Of a stretch of DNA of 64,000 bases, positions 47,959-58,813 are shown piece by piece. Under the pieces are notes generated by a model. The model was given only the letters and a program-made list of their open reading frames with translations, was not told the DNA's origin and did no database searches. Origin of the DNA: a virus (Duplodnaviria > Caudoviricetes); the IMG/VR virus record IMGVR_UViG_3300032007_000001, one strand, 5' to 3'. Positions within the stretch are counted from its first letter, which is position 1. Each line of letters starts with the position of its first letter. The translations under genes were made by a program, and so were the position numbers.

Positions 47959-50900
47959 CTACTTTTTATTGATAATCTCATTTTTATTCCAATCGTACAT
48001 CAATCTTATGTTTGCATCAATTAATATACTTGTATCATTATATTCTAATTTGTACACATACAAATCGTTGGTATTTTCAAGAGACGTTATTGTAATTTCT
48101 TCGCACGTCTTATTACCATCATTATCTCTTGGCGTTATATCAGATACAAGATTATTAATCTTAACATACATCAATGGATATTCGTTTGTCTTTCCATCAG
48201 TCCAAACTTGAATCGTACAATCTCCGTCTTCTATGCTAAATTCATTTGCTATCCAATTATTGTTAATATAATTATTATTTTCTTCAATATCGGCAATGCT
48301 TAATGTATGAATCAATATTTTTCCATCATCAAATGACAATACATAAATATTAGTTTCATCATTAATTGTTGTTACGTTATTGTTTTGTTCAGATATTTGT
48401 TCTTCAATTTTCATTGGGTCAGTGAATGTAGCATTCAAGAAACTAAATTTTGAAGTATATAATTCAAAATCTTTTTCAACGATTGCGACGAAACTTGAAG
48501 CTGGAACAACATGCAAATATTCACATCTATTGAAAACAAACTGAGACAATTTATCTTCATCCAAGGCTGCATATGTCATTGAACGAGAGTTGGCATTATA
48601 AGAAGAATACGTTAAATGAACAGCATCAAGGTTATCACAATTTATTTTTATATCATTATAATAACCAACTAAGTTATCTTCTAAAAGAAATGAATTATAT
48701 GAAAACGTTTCACTTTTGTATTCTTCTGATTCCTTATCGTTATTAACAACATAATTAATAATCTTCAATGAATTTTCGTTATCTATGCATGCCACAAAAA
48801 ATCCATTTGCGCCTTTGTTATTATTATGAGAATTTTTCAATGCATTTCTTGGACAAGAATTAATTTTATTATCATGAAGTAATGTTGTTGGACCAGAATT
48901 TTTTTCACCGTCTTTATATTTAACATACATTACATCAGAATAATATCCATAATTCTTTTCATATGTAATTATAATTGAATTATCATAACATACTTTTACA
49001 TCTGGAAACATGATTTCATTTGTTAAATCATCTTTTTCTATCAAATGCAAATCTTCTATGTCAAATCCATCAATATCAGTTGCATAATAAATATTTTTCC
49101 CATAACTCATTACAATATGAAGATTATCATTGTTGTCTTTGTCTATAGAGCCATAAACATGATTTGCTTGTAATCCATAATCTTTTACAATATCTTGTTC
49201 ATCATCATTGACTCTATAAAGAATCCCTTTGTCTAACACATAAAAAGCATCTTCTGTCTTACAAAAAGTTCTTTCTCCAGGAATTCTTTGACCATATAAG
49301 GCTTCGAAATTCTCTGGTTCTGTAATTGCTCTTTGCGTTTCACTAATACCTTTATTATCTCCATACAAACATTCCAAATATATTTGATATTCAGTATGTT
49401 GCATAAGATGTTCTAAAATATAATTATTTATTGATGTTATTGGCTTAACTTCCCAATGTTTATTATCAAATGAATAGTGTACAAATAAATACTTTTCTAC
49501 ATTTTCATCTGTAATTCTGTCAATATCATCAAACAATAATTCTATATCATGAGAATTTATCTCGCCTATCGAGAACGTTTGAATTCCGTCTCCATCGGTA
49601 TTTACATATACTTCATTTGAAATGTCACCAAGATTGCTCTCTAAAGGCGTAACACTAATTGTATAATAACTGCCTTTATGCAAATCTTCCAAATCGAATG
49701 TTATGTTTTCTCCAACTTTTACAGTATTGTCAATAATGTCATTAACTTCGTGCGTTAATTCTGACAATAGATACGTTTTTTCTTCTTCACCAGAAATATT
49801 GATTTGAATATCGCTATAACTTTCATCAACTGAAAACTTAAGTTTGGCAATTGTTTTTGTCGTTTCAATAATTTCCAAATCTTTTACTGGTTTCTTGTTT
49901 GTTGTGATTGTTACTACATTTGAATAATTTCCAGTATAACGTAACGGGAATCCCAATCTGAATTGATATTCTGTATTATGTTTTAAGTTTGGAATTGTCA
50001 TTTTGTTATTATTGACAGGATATAAAATATTCTTCCAACTTAATCCATGGTCAACTGAATACTGGAACAATTTCCCTTCATTATAAGCAACATCATTCCA
50101 ATGCAAAACAACGCTATGGAAAGTATGACTTATTTCTTTTAATGTATTCGTTATTGTAACAACATTGGAAGTCATAATGATTCCGTATTTATTTTCATAC
50201 AAAAGACGATAATAATACGTCACATTATTTAATTTTTCTATTGTACAACCATCACTATCTTTGTCAACAACTTCTTTTGTATTAGCTTTATACCAATTAA
50301 TATTGTCTATACTTTCTTGCACAATTAATTGGTTGATGTTGTTAATTTTATGCCATTTTAATTTTACATCATCACCAAATTCTATTGTCAACGGTCTAAC
50401 TTCATTGGAATAACCGTCTGCAACGCCACCAGTAATATGTAAGCGATAACGTGTAATAGTTTGTGCAAATTTATATTTAATACTATCACTTGACACAGGA
50501 ATAGGTTGGATTTCACTCCAAGACTCTTTTGTGTACTGTAAAGTCTGTTTTATAATATTGTCTATTGGTTCCCAATAAATATCTGTTTCTGGGCCTTCCA
50601 ATTCATAAATTTTATCCAAATACTTTACATTTTCAACGTTATCTGTCGTTATGTATTTTATCCTAAATTTATAAATACCTTCAGAAAGATTGACCGGATG
50701 AGCCCAAACATCTGTAACGCTCAATGGTCTTACCAACGTTGCGTCTACATATCTATCATCATTCAATCTTTCCAGTGCTATAGCTTCAGCATTTCTTGCT
50801 TTTGTCCAAGATAATACAACTTCGGAATTTGTAAGTGATTCTATCTTAAAGTCGCTAACTGGAGCAAATACTTCTGCTATGGCAGTATCAATACGCAAGA

Positions 50901-52023
50901 AACATATATCATTCATATCCATAATGAGCGAATATATATTTCTATCCATGCACCAGCCACATACAACATTCCAATTATCATTAATTAAATCAGTTATGAC
51001 GTCCCAATCATTTGAATCATATTTTTTTACCAAATATTGGACCTTCATATTTTTTTGATTGTTGCTGGCTAATGCGTCACCCAATCCCTGAGAAACGTAA
51101 TTATAAAGAATATATAAATTATCGTTCTCATCACACATAATAAACGGATATTTATTATTTTCTGCTTTTTCACTTAAAATTTGAGTGTCAGTTGTTATTC
51201 CATTACAAATATTAAGATAACAAATTTCGCTAGTATCAAAATTATCTCTTGTTGTAAGCCAAGTTATATGAACGTTATTTAATGAATCGGCTACAATGCT
51301 TGGATGATAACTATTGATAAATTTATCTTTTGATTCTTTTACAGATAAAGTACTTAATCCAGAAAACGTTTTTTCAAAACTATCGAAAATTGTATATCTT
51401 ATTTGATTTTTTCCATATTCATTGTTTTCTTCCCAACAAATATTGAATGATGTATCTCCAACTTGCGTCAATTTTGCATTATGTTGGTCATAAATTGATT
51501 GCGCTATTGGCTGATTATAAACAACACTTTCTGAATTTAATTCATAAATTGCATAATAAACACCGTAAGTATTGTTGGCTCTTGCTTTATCATATACAAT
51601 GTGAATATAATTGTTTGACCAATCTACTTTTATATCTGTGACACGCGCATTTAGGCTATAATTCGAAAAGAAATCTTTCCATTCTTCGTCCCAGGCGTAA
51701 ACATCTTCACTATCTCTAAATAAACCATATTTAATATAACGAATTGTATCTACACCATAATCATTTGGACCATGAGCAAAGATGTAACGATTCTCACCAA
51801 TCGTTACAATTTTTGCGTCATATAACTTATATATATCAACAGGAAGATATTCATCTAAAAGCCACGTTTCACCGTCATCATAGCTTATCATTAAATCTAT
51901 CCAAACGGAATTTTCGCTTGAATTTGTCATTAATGCGTAGATTTCATCTTTATCGTTCTTATATATATAAGGTTGTGTTCCCGTTGAAGAAATAACCTTC
52001 TTAAAAACAAATTTATTACTCAT
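47959..52023 (-). CDS. Large beta-rich protein: propeller/Asp-box region, fibronectin-III-like repeats, probable second propeller
   Basis: SYDDGETW Asp-box and HITW/HIVY blades; Fn3-like LKHNTEYQFR, LHKGSYYTISV, LMQHTEYQIY and YSNVVTITT. Confidence 0.65.
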   Translation of the reverse strand: MSNKFVFKKVISSTGTQPYIYKNDKDEIYALMTNSSENSVWIDLMISYDDGETWLLDEYLPVDIYKLYDAKIVTIGENRYIFAHGPNDYGVDTIRYIKYGLFRDSEDVYAWDEEWKDFFSNYSLNARVTDIKVDWSNNYIHIVYDKARANNTYGVYYAIYELNSESVVYNQPIAQSIYDQHNAKLTQVGDTSFNICWEENNEYGKNQIRYTIFDSFEKTFSGLSTLSVKESKDKFINSYHPSIVADSLNNVHITWLTTRDNFDTSEICYLNICNGITTDTQILSEKAENNKYPFIMCDENDNLYILYNYVSQGLGDALASNNQKNMKVQYLVKKYDSNDWDVITDLINDNWNVVCGWCMDRNIYSLIMDMNDICFLRIDTAIAEVFAPVSDFKIESLTNSEVVLSWTKARNAEAIALERLNDDRYVDATLVRPLSVTDVWAHPVNLSEGIYKFRIKYITTDNVENVKYLDKIYELEGPETDIYWEPIDNIIKQTLQYTKESWSEIQPIPVSSDSIKYKFAQTITRYRLHITGGVADGYSNEVRPLTIEFGDDVKLKWHKINNINQLIVQESIDNINWYKANTKEVVDKDSDGCTIEKLNNVTYYYRLLYENKYGIIMTSNVVTITNTLKEISHTFHSVVLHWNDVAYNEGKLFQYSVDHGLSWKNILYPVNNNKMTIPNLKHNTEYQFRLGFPLRYTGNYSNVVTITTNKKPVKDLEIIETTKTIAKLKFSVDESYSDIQINISGEEEKTYLLSELTHEVNDIIDNTVKVGENITFDLEDLHKGSYYTISVTPLESNLGDISNEVYVNTDGDGIQTFSIGEINSHDIELLFDDIDRITDENVEKYLFVHYSFDNKHWEVKPITSINNYILEHLMQHTEYQIYLECLYGDNKGISETQRAITEPENFEALYGQRIPGERTFCKTEDAFYVLDKGILYRVNDDEQDIVKDYGLQANHVYGSIDKDNNDNLHIVMSYGKNIYYATDIDGFDIEDLHLIEKDDLTNEIMFPDVKVCYDNSIIITYEKNYGYYSDVMYVKYKDGEKNSGPTTLLHDNKINSCPRNALKNSHNNNKGANGFFVACIDNENSLKIINYVVNNDKESEEYKSETFSYNSFLLEDNLVGYYNDIKINCDNLDAVHLTYSSYNANSRSMTYAALDEDKLSQFVFNRCEYLHVVPASSFVAIVEKDFELYTSKFSFLNATFTDPMKIEEQISEQNNNVTTINDETNIYVLSFDDGKILIHTLSIADIEENNNYINNNWIANEFSIEDGDCTIQVWTDGKTNEYPLMYVKINNLVSDITPRDNDGNKTCEEITITSLENTNDLYVYKLEYNDTSILIDANIRLMYDWNKNEIINKK

Positions 52024-52496
52024 GAACTTCTCCTATAAGTAATGAATTGATATGGTATTGTATCGTTGAAGTGTTCTGTTGTTTCTTGTATAAAATTCAT
52101 TTCATCTAAATTGGGAATAAATTTATTTCCTTTTTTTTCGTTTGAAAGAATTTTGGTAACATAAAACGTTTTAATGTATGGTAGAAATTGTTTATATATA
52201 CTTTCTCCACCAATAATATATACTTCGTTTTCATTAAAATATGAAAGTACTTTATCAATAGAATCGACAGTCAATGTATTCCAATATGAGAAATTTTTAT
52301 CTCTCGTAAGAACAACGTTAATTCTATTTGGTAAAGGTTTTTTTTGCAATGAATCAAATGTTTTTCTTCCCATAACGCAAACATGATTCATTGTAATTTC
52401 TTTGAAATGTTTCATATCATTTTTAATATGATACAACAACTCATTATCGTTTCCGATACACCAATTATTGTCTACTGCTACTATAGCGTTCATCAT
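52020..52496 (-). CDS. folA: Dihydrofolate reductase
   Basis: [38 protein letters not shown] and IIGGESIY. Confidence 0.96.
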   Translation of the reverse strand: MMNAIVAVDNNWCIGNDNELLYHIKNDMKHFKEITMNHVCVMGRKTFDSLQKKPLPNRINVVLTRDKNFSYWNTLTVDSIDKVLSYFNENEVYIIGGESIYKQFLPYIKTFYVTKILSNEKKGNKFIPNLDEMNFIQETTEHFNDTIPYQFITYRRSS

Positions 52497-54084
52497 TTTT
52501 CTCCATACATGCTTTTATAAATCCTAAAAATAAAGGATGCGGATTATTCGGTCTTGACTTAAATTCTGGGTGGAATTGACAACCAACAAAATAATTATTG
52601 TTATCCATTTCCAAAATTTCTACAAGATTTTCTTTTTCATATATCCCAATTGCTTTGAAACCATTATTTTCAAAATCATTTAAGTACTTATTGTTGAATT
52701 CAAATCTATGTCGATGACGTTCAGAAATCAAATCTTTTTTATATAAATCTTTTACTTTACTATTTTTAAGCTTGCAAGGATAGGAACCTAAACGTTGTGT
52801 TCCACCTTTTTCTTTTACGTCATTCTGCGATTCCATTAAATGAATTACTGGATTTTCGCAATTCTCATCAAACTCCAAACTATTAGCATCATTCAAATTC
52901 AATACATTTCTAGCAAATTCTATAGCCATGCATTGCAATCCTAAACATATCCCAAAACATGGAATATTGTTTTCTCTTGCATATTGAATAGCTTTTATTT
53001 TTCCTTCTATTCCTCTATCACCAAAACCTCCTGGAATCAAAATTCCGTCCATTCCATTAAATATATTATGAATGTTCATTTTATCGTCTTCGAGAAGTTC
53101 TGATGAAACGTAAGTAATATTCAAACGTTTTTCGTAATGTGTGCATGCATGTTTCAATGCTTCAGCTATTGATATATATGCATCTTGAAGATTAACATAT
53201 TTGCCAACTATTGCTATTCTGATATCAGAAGATGAATGAAGTTCATGATAAACGTACAATTCCAAATCTTCCAAATTAGCAGGAACAGCACTTAATTCTA
53301 ATTTATTCAAAACAATATTATCAAAATTTTCTTTTTGGAAAAGAATCGGCACTTCATAAATTGATTTTGCTGTAACATTTTTAATAATAGCGTCTTTATC
53401 AACATCACAAAACATAGCTATTTTTTCTTTCATTTCTTGCGAAATATTATTATCAGTTCTACAAACAATAATATCTGGTTGAATACCAATTGAACGTAAT
53501 TCTTTTACGCTATGCTGAGTTGGTTTTGTTTTAATTTCTCCAGCACCAGAAATATATGGAAGAAGTGTTACATGAATATATAAAACATCATTTTTACCAA
53601 CTTCTTTTTTTACCTGTCTTATTGCTTCGAGAAATGGAAGACTTTCAATATCGCCAACAGTCCCGCCAATTTCTGTAATAACTACATCATAATTGGATTT
53701 ATCATAAATATGAGATTTTATTTCATCTGTAACATGCGGAATTACTTGAACTGTTTTTCCAAGATAATCTCCTTTTCTTTCCTTTTTCAAAACAGATTCA
53801 TATATTTTACCTGTTGTTATGTTTGATTCTTTGGAAAGATTAATATTAATGAATCTCTCATAATGTCCCAAATCCAAATCAGCTTCATATCCGTCTTCTG
53901 TAACGAAAACTTCTCCATGCTGATATGGAGATAACGTACCTGGATCTATATTCAAATACGGGTCAAACTTTTGTATAACAACATTTAATCCACGTCTTTT
54001 CAAAAGCATTCCTAAAGATGCAGCTGTTATTCCTTTACCAAGCGATGATACAACTCCGCCTGTTACAAATATATATTTAGCCAA
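52465..54084 (-). CDS. pyrG: CTP synthase
   Basis: [44 protein letters not shown] and QFHPEF. Confidence 0.98.
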   Translation of the reverse strand: MAKYIFVTGGVVSSLGKGITAASLGMLLKRRGLNVVIQKFDPYLNIDPGTLSPYQHGEVFVTEDGYEADLDLGHYERFININLSKESNITTGKIYESVLKKERKGDYLGKTVQVIPHVTDEIKSHIYDKSNYDVVITEIGGTVGDIESLPFLEAIRQVKKEVGKNDVLYIHVTLLPYISGAGEIKTKPTQHSVKELRSIGIQPDIIVCRTDNNISQEMKEKIAMFCDVDKDAIIKNVTAKSIYEVPILFQKENFDNIVLNKLELSAVPANLEDLELYVYHELHSSSDIRIAIVGKYVNLQDAYISIAEALKHACTHYEKRLNITYVSSELLEDDKMNIHNIFNGMDGILIPGGFGDRGIEGKIKAIQYARENNIPCFGICLGLQCMAIEFARNVLNLNDANSLEFDENCENPVIHLMESQNDVKEKGGTQRLGSYPCKLKNSKVKDLYKKDLISERHRHRFEFNNKYLNDFENNGFKAIGIYEKENLVEILEMDNNNYFVGCQFHPEFKSRPNNPHPLFLGFIKACMEKNDERYSSSRQ

Positions 54085-54087
54085 AAC

Positions 54088-54912
54088 TTACACCGCCACT
54101 TCTATTTTCATTTGTTCGTTCTTTTCATAATTTATAAGCTTAAAATCTTCAGGTCTATAATCATAAAAATTATCATGATGATTGATTTCGAGTTTTGGTG
54201 CTGGATACGTTTTTCTTTGTATAAGTTCTTTTACTAACGGAATATGTCTATCATAAATGTGTGCATCAGCAATAACGTGAACCAATTCGCCTGGTTCTAA
54301 ATTAGAAACATGAGCAAACATATATACTAAACATGCATATTGCAAAACATTCCATGCATTTGCCGTTAAAATATCTTGACTTCTTTGATTCAAAATTGCA
54401 TTCAATTTGTTGCCTTTTACATTAAATGTCATTGAATATGCACAAGGATATAATGCCATTGAATGTAAATCTTCAAAATTATACATTGATGTAAGAATAC
54501 GGCGACTATTAGGATGATGTTTTAAATTATACAAAACATTATCTACTTGGTCCATCTCGCCTTCCGGAAAGATATATTTTTTATTTAATTGATAGCCATA
54601 CGCAGTACCAATAGTACCATCATCTTGACGCCAAGAATCCCAGATTTTACTATCTAACTCACTCAATTTATTGCTTTTCTTTTGCCAAATCCACAATAGT
54701 TCTGTTACACAAGATTTCAATGGAACTGGACGTAATGTCATAACTGGTGCTTCAATAGATAAATCATATCTATTAACAACGCAACTATTTTTAATAGTAT
54801 GTGCTGGAGTTCCATCTTCCCAATGAGCTCTTGTATCATCACTTTCATTCATATATCCATTTTCAAGTATATCTTCACACATATTAACAAAAATATCATC
54901 AAATTTGCTCAA
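54088..54912 (-). CDS. thyA: Thymidylate synthase
   Basis: ELLWIW, PNSRR, MALYPC, QRSQD...WN and DAHIYDRH. The start is moved to TTG 54912 (SD AAAGGA) because the longer ORF begins inside a terminator. Confidence 0.95.
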   Translation of the reverse strand: MSKFDDIFVNMCEDILENGYMNESDDTRAHWEDGTPAHTIKNSCVVNRYDLSIEAPVMTLRPVPLKSCVTELLWIWQKKSNKLSELDSKIWDSWRQDDGTIGTAYGYQLNKKYIFPEGEMDQVDNVLYNLKHHPNSRRILTSMYNFEDLHSMALYPCAYSMTFNVKGNKLNAILNQRSQDILTANAWNVLQYACLVYMFAHVSNLEPGELVHVIADAHIYDRHIPLVKELIQRKTYPAPKLEINHHDNFYDYRPEDFKLINYEKNEQMKIEVAV

Positions 54913-54938
54913 TTCATATCCTTCTTTCTTTATAGAAA

Positions 54939-54967
54939 ATGGGAGCAAGTTTTTTGCTTGCTCCCAT
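54939..54967 (-). terminator. Intrinsic terminator after ssb
   Basis: ATGGGAGCAAG-loop-CTTGCTCCCAT. Confidence 0.8.
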
Positions 54968-54979
54968 GTTTATTTATGT

Positions 54980-55651
54980 TTAATTGAAATTATCCCAATC
55001 TCCATCTGGTTCAGGAGCTTTTTTCTTAGGTGCTGGTGCTTCTTCTTCACCGATATCATCACCAGTTGCACCAAGAATTCTAAGGTTCATTGCTTTAATT
55101 TCTTCCACTGTATTGATTTTCACTGTTGCTTTTACGTCAACAGAATTCTTTACAGCTTCAATTTCTTCTTTTGTCAATGGAACTGGAGGCTTACCAACAG
55201 CTGTATATACTGTATTGAGCTTTTCGCCAGTTTTTGTAATGTTAATATCATATCCAGACGGGTCACCAAAATCTGGGTCCTTATACAAGGTTTGAATTTG
55301 CTGGAATACGCTCAACGGAAGAGAAGCAATCTTAACAGAAATCTTTCCGTCTTCATATCCTTCTTTTTTGGTCCAACTCGTCTTATCAATGACTTTTACG
55401 TTGAATGTACGCTTTGCTTTTCCACCTGCTTTGCAAATCGGACAATCATCACCAAGACAAACAATCTTATGCATTCTGCCTTCGTTGTCTCTTTCCCAAT
55501 GATTGAAGATTTCGCTTGGCTTACCAACAACACGAACAAGATTTGAACCAGGCATAATCTTGAAAAACATCGTTCCATCTTGGTCCATCCTGTTTGCGCC
55601 ACCAACTTCAGCGCCCCAATCCATACCGAAGTTTACACGTGATTCTGACAT
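54980..55651 (-). CDS. Single-stranded DNA-binding protein, T4 gp32-like
   Basis: H...C...CPIC Zn site, DPDFGDPSGYDINITKTG..LNTVY and an acidic C-terminal tail. Confidence 0.75.
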   Translation of the reverse strand: MSESRVNFGMDWGAEVGGANRMDQDGTMFFKIMPGSNLVRVVGKPSEIFNHWERDNEGRMHKIVCLGDDCPICKAGGKAKRTFNVKVIDKTSWTKKEGYEDGKISVKIASLPLSVFQQIQTLYKDPDFGDPSGYDINITKTGEKLNTVYTAVGKPPVPLTKEEIEAVKNSVDVKATVKINTVEEIKAMNLRILGATGDDIGEEEAPAPKKKAPEPDGDWDNFN

Positions 55652-55769
55652 AGTAAAACATCTCCTTATAACTTTTAATTTTCTACTAACATGAATACTA
55701 ATTTGATTCTAAATATTTGAATGCTTTTTGATTCTTTTGAGAAACATGTTAGAAGAGTTTTACAAAAAA

Positions 55770-55815
55770 GAAATAACCCAACAAAGGTGGGAAATAACCT
55801 TTTGTTGAGTTATTT
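55770..55815 (-). terminator. Long hairpin / terminator
   Basis: AAATAACCCAACAAAGGT-loop-ACCTTTTGTTGAGTTATTT. Confidence 0.6.
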
Positions 55816-55847
55816 TATAAAAATTTTTCCTTATTAAATTTGAAATT

Positions 55848-56435
55848 TTAGTGATTTACAAAATTTTTTGCTATTTCTACATATTCTTTCGGTTCATCCT
55901 TATCCAATACGTTAATATCATCCATCGTTTCAATAAATTGCCATCTGCAATGTTCTCCATAAAAAATCTTATTGAATTTTGGTACTAAAATTGCTGGATT
56001 TTTTACGAAATTATTTCTAACTTCCTGATGTTTTGGGTCATATATAGACATAATTGAAAATGGCAAATCTCCCAAATATATGCCAATATGAACATTTTCA
56101 TCATAATCTTTTAAGTTTAATGAAATAATAACATACTTTCCAACATGGTTTTGTGTATTGTACCTATCATAAGAAATATCACTAACTATTTTATTTACTG
56201 TTATTGGATATTGAATAAACATTGGAACATAATCATCACAAATATAGTACATCGCTAAAATAAGTTCCAATTCACTTATTGCGTTAACTTCTGTTTTTAT
56301 TTCAGAATTCAATTTTTCTTTTAGTAGTTTGCATGACATTTGTTTTTTGCATGTAGAACAATTCTTTTGTTGAGGAATAATGTTTCCCTTATCATCGAAC
56401 TTTAGGTCAACATTCTTTATTTCCATCGTCTTCAT
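55848..56435 (-). CDS. Hypothetical protein
   Basis: 195 aa with a CSTC...C cluster. Confidence 0.75.
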   Translation of the reverse strand: MKTMEIKNVDLKFDDKGNIIPQQKNCSTCKKQMSCKLLKEKLNSEIKTEVNAISELELILAMYYICDDYVPMFIQYPITVNKIVSDISYDRYNTQNHVGKYVIISLNLKDYDENVHIGIYLGDLPFSIMSIYDPKHQEVRNNFVKNPAILVPKFNKIFYGEHCRWQFIETMDDINVLDKDEPKEYVEIAKNFVNH

Positions 56436-57510
56436 CCTTTAAGCTTTTATGTTGTTTGAAAATAAGTGATTCTTCTTTTTTAAGTTTTTTATTGAATTCT
56501 TTCAATGTCTTTCTACTTTCATTTATTTCATTTTTCAATCCTTCTGCTTTAGCTTCGTATTCGTTTTTCTTTTCAATTAATGATTCAATCTGATTTTGCA
56601 ACTCATTTACATTATTTGTTACGATTTCCAAATCATTTTTTTTCCAAGCAATAAAAGCACTATGGTCTTCATTCATCTTTTTGAATTCTGACGATAATTG
56701 TTTTACATATTCTAATTGCATAATCGTTGCTTGTGCATTGATTGCATCATCAGAAAATCCAAATGAATTTCTCCAGAGAGTAAGAATAATATTGTCTGTA
56801 CTAACGGCAAAAAACACCATATCACTTATATTTAGAAAAAACCTTGTCGCTATATTATCAGATATTGAAGTATAAACTTCTACAGACTTTGCGAATGATT
56901 GAGAAAGTTCATCAACAATGGATATACGTTTATTATGATTTGCTTTGTAATGATTGTTATTGTTAACTCTTTCTTCCCATCTTTTTATACTATGAGAAGT
57001 TATATAGAAAATATTTCCATTTTTATTTACTGTATTTTCACATTCGAAAAATTTCTTAAGATATTCATCTGCTTGACGAAGTACCTTATGAATATAACGT
57101 TTGTGTTCTTCTTGATGTAAATTGTTTTCAACGAATTGGTCATATTCATCTTTTGATTTTACTTTGTTAGAAACAAAATCAATTTTAATAGAATCAATAG
57201 CTTCTTCTTTTAATGGTTTTACTATCAATTCGTTTTTATTATTTTTCTTGCAAAGAATACCAAACCAAAATTCATTAAATTTAATAATGTTTGTATTAAC
57301 ACAAGAATTCATAATTTTGTCTTTTAATTCTAAAAATTCTTGTGCTAATCTCATTTTTTCCATTGTCATAGGCATGCAATCGGCATCAGTAAACTGCAAG
57401 GCTTTAGCATGAACCAAAGCCTTGTTTATACCGTCCGTTTTCAATTTGCAGTCTAAGAATTTTTCAAGCGTTGTATCATCTAAATCTACAAGTCCAGTGG
57501 ACTTTTTCAT
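56407..57510 (-). CDS. Hypothetical protein with HxxxRxxER motif and C-terminal coiled coil
   Basis: ATG at 57510 with SD AAAGGA; ITSHSIKRWEERV. Confidence 0.7.
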   Translation of the reverse strand: MKKSTGLVDLDDTTLEKFLDCKLKTDGINKALVHAKALQFTDADCMPMTMEKMRLAQEFLELKDKIMNSCVNTNIIKFNEFWFGILCKKNNKNELIVKPLKEEAIDSIKIDFVSNKVKSKDEYDQFVENNLHQEEHKRYIHKVLRQADEYLKKFFECENTVNKNGNIFYITSHSIKRWEERVNNNNHYKANHNKRISIVDELSQSFAKSVEVYTSISDNIATRFFLNISDMVFFAVSTDNIILTLWRNSFGFSDDAINAQATIMQLEYVKQLSSEFKKMNEDHSAFIAWKKNDLEIVTNNVNELQNQIESLIEKKNEYEAKAEGLKNEINESRKTLKEFNKKLKKEESLIFKQHKSLKDEDDGNKEC

Positions 57511-57538
57511 AGCTATTTCACATCCTTTCTTTTCTATT

Positions 57539-58717
57539 CTATTTAGAAGAAAGGATATTGTCAAGAGCCATTCTCTTTTCTATATATTTAAGCATTTCAT
57601 GTTTTTGTTTTTCATAACTTTCTTTAATTTTTTGAGTAAAAAAACCATTTGCTAATGACATCGGTAAGAAACAAAGCAAATCGTTTATAACAGCGAAATG
57701 TTGTTTATCGTAACCATTTTTTATAACAACAAAATCAGAACTATAAAATTCTGTTTTTACTTCACTCAAATCATTATTTGTATAATACAAAAAATAAAAT
57801 CCATTAGCAATTTTCTTTTTCTTTTTATTTTTATAAAATTTTTCTCTCGCTAATTGCATGTTATACAAATAATCATTAAACGATTCTGGATAAAATACTT
57901 TATTGTCTTTTATCATAAGAAAATTGAAATCATAATAAAAATTGCTTATCGAATTGTTTCTATTAAATGATGGGTATATATCAATACCATCATTTGATAG
58001 GATTTTTTTCATACTAAATCCAGTAATCTCATTGTATTTTCTACAATTTTTTATATATTTCGTTTTAACGTTAATAGCATTAAGAACATCCAACATCTTC
58101 ATATAAAAATCTGACTCAAATTGAACAAGATTCATGACAGTCAAAAAATCATGAATCGAAAAATTCGTAATATCTATTTTTTCAAAATAATCTTTCATTA
58201 CATACAAAATTGCAGTATAAGAGAAATTTTTTGTATTAAAAATAAATTCAAACGCTAACTTAAAATCTTGATATTTGCAGGGGAAAAAATAAATTTTTTT
58301 GCCATCTTTCTCAGCTAGTGTATAATCTTTCATAACAATCAAATCAGAAAGAGCTTCATTACAATACATAAATGAAAGTATAGAACAAAAAATATTTTTT
58401 ACATATTGATTGTTAACGTACATAGACTCATTATTAACATCTAGTGAATTTGTATTTGTAGATACTGTCCATGTATTCCAAGAAGAATAAGAACTATCAT
58501 TATATCGAATGATATAATTATTCTTCATATCATAATAAACGTTGCCTTCGTTATATATGTTGTTTTCGCTTTCTTCGGTTTTTACGTTTTGCAAAAAATC
58601 TGGCAAATATGAATGTTCTATTTTTGGTTGTTTAACATGAATATTAGCTACAGAATATCCAACATTGATATTATTTGGTGTTATGTTGGCCAATTTTTTT
58701 ATTGTTTTTGTTTTCAT
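57539..58717 (-). CDS. Hypothetical protein (early)
   Basis: 392 aa with SD GAGGTGA and an upstream promoter. Confidence 0.8.
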   Translation of the reverse strand: MKTKTIKKLANITPNNINVGYSVANIHVKQPKIEHSYLPDFLQNVKTEESENNIYNEGNVYYDMKNNYIIRYNDSSYSSWNTWTVSTNTNSLDVNNESMYVNNQYVKNIFCSILSFMYCNEALSDLIVMKDYTLAEKDGKKIYFFPCKYQDFKLAFEFIFNTKNFSYTAILYVMKDYFEKIDITNFSIHDFLTVMNLVQFESDFYMKMLDVLNAINVKTKYIKNCRKYNEITGFSMKKILSNDGIDIYPSFNRNNSISNFYYDFNFLMIKDNKVFYPESFNDYLYNMQLAREKFYKNKKKKKIANGFYFLYYTNNDLSEVKTEFYSSDFVVIKNGYDKQHFAVINDLLCFLPMSLANGFFTQKIKESYEKQKHEMLKYIEKRMALDNILSSK

Positions 58718-58743
58718 ATTTATATCACCTCATTATATGATGA

Positions 58744-58772
58744 ATTATAACATAAAAAATAATTTTTGTAAA
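58744..58772 (-). promoter_or_regulatory. Sigma-A/70-type early promoter
   Basis: TA-TTTACA-17 nt-TATAAT with TGt extension, just after a terminator at 58778-58799. Confidence 0.8.
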
Positions 58773-58813
58773 TAAAAAAGAGCAACAAAAGTTGCTCTTA
58801 CTTTTTTGTTAAG

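Noticed and set aside
54088-54912. Base-modifying thymidylate synthase homologue (dCMP hydroxymethylase)
   Set aside because: The motifs match ordinary dUMP-specific ThyA, and it is linked to dfr.
54905-55546. 213-aa plus-strand ORF and the many other short plus-strand ORFs within minus-strand genes
   Set aside because: They are antisense shadows of well-supported genes.
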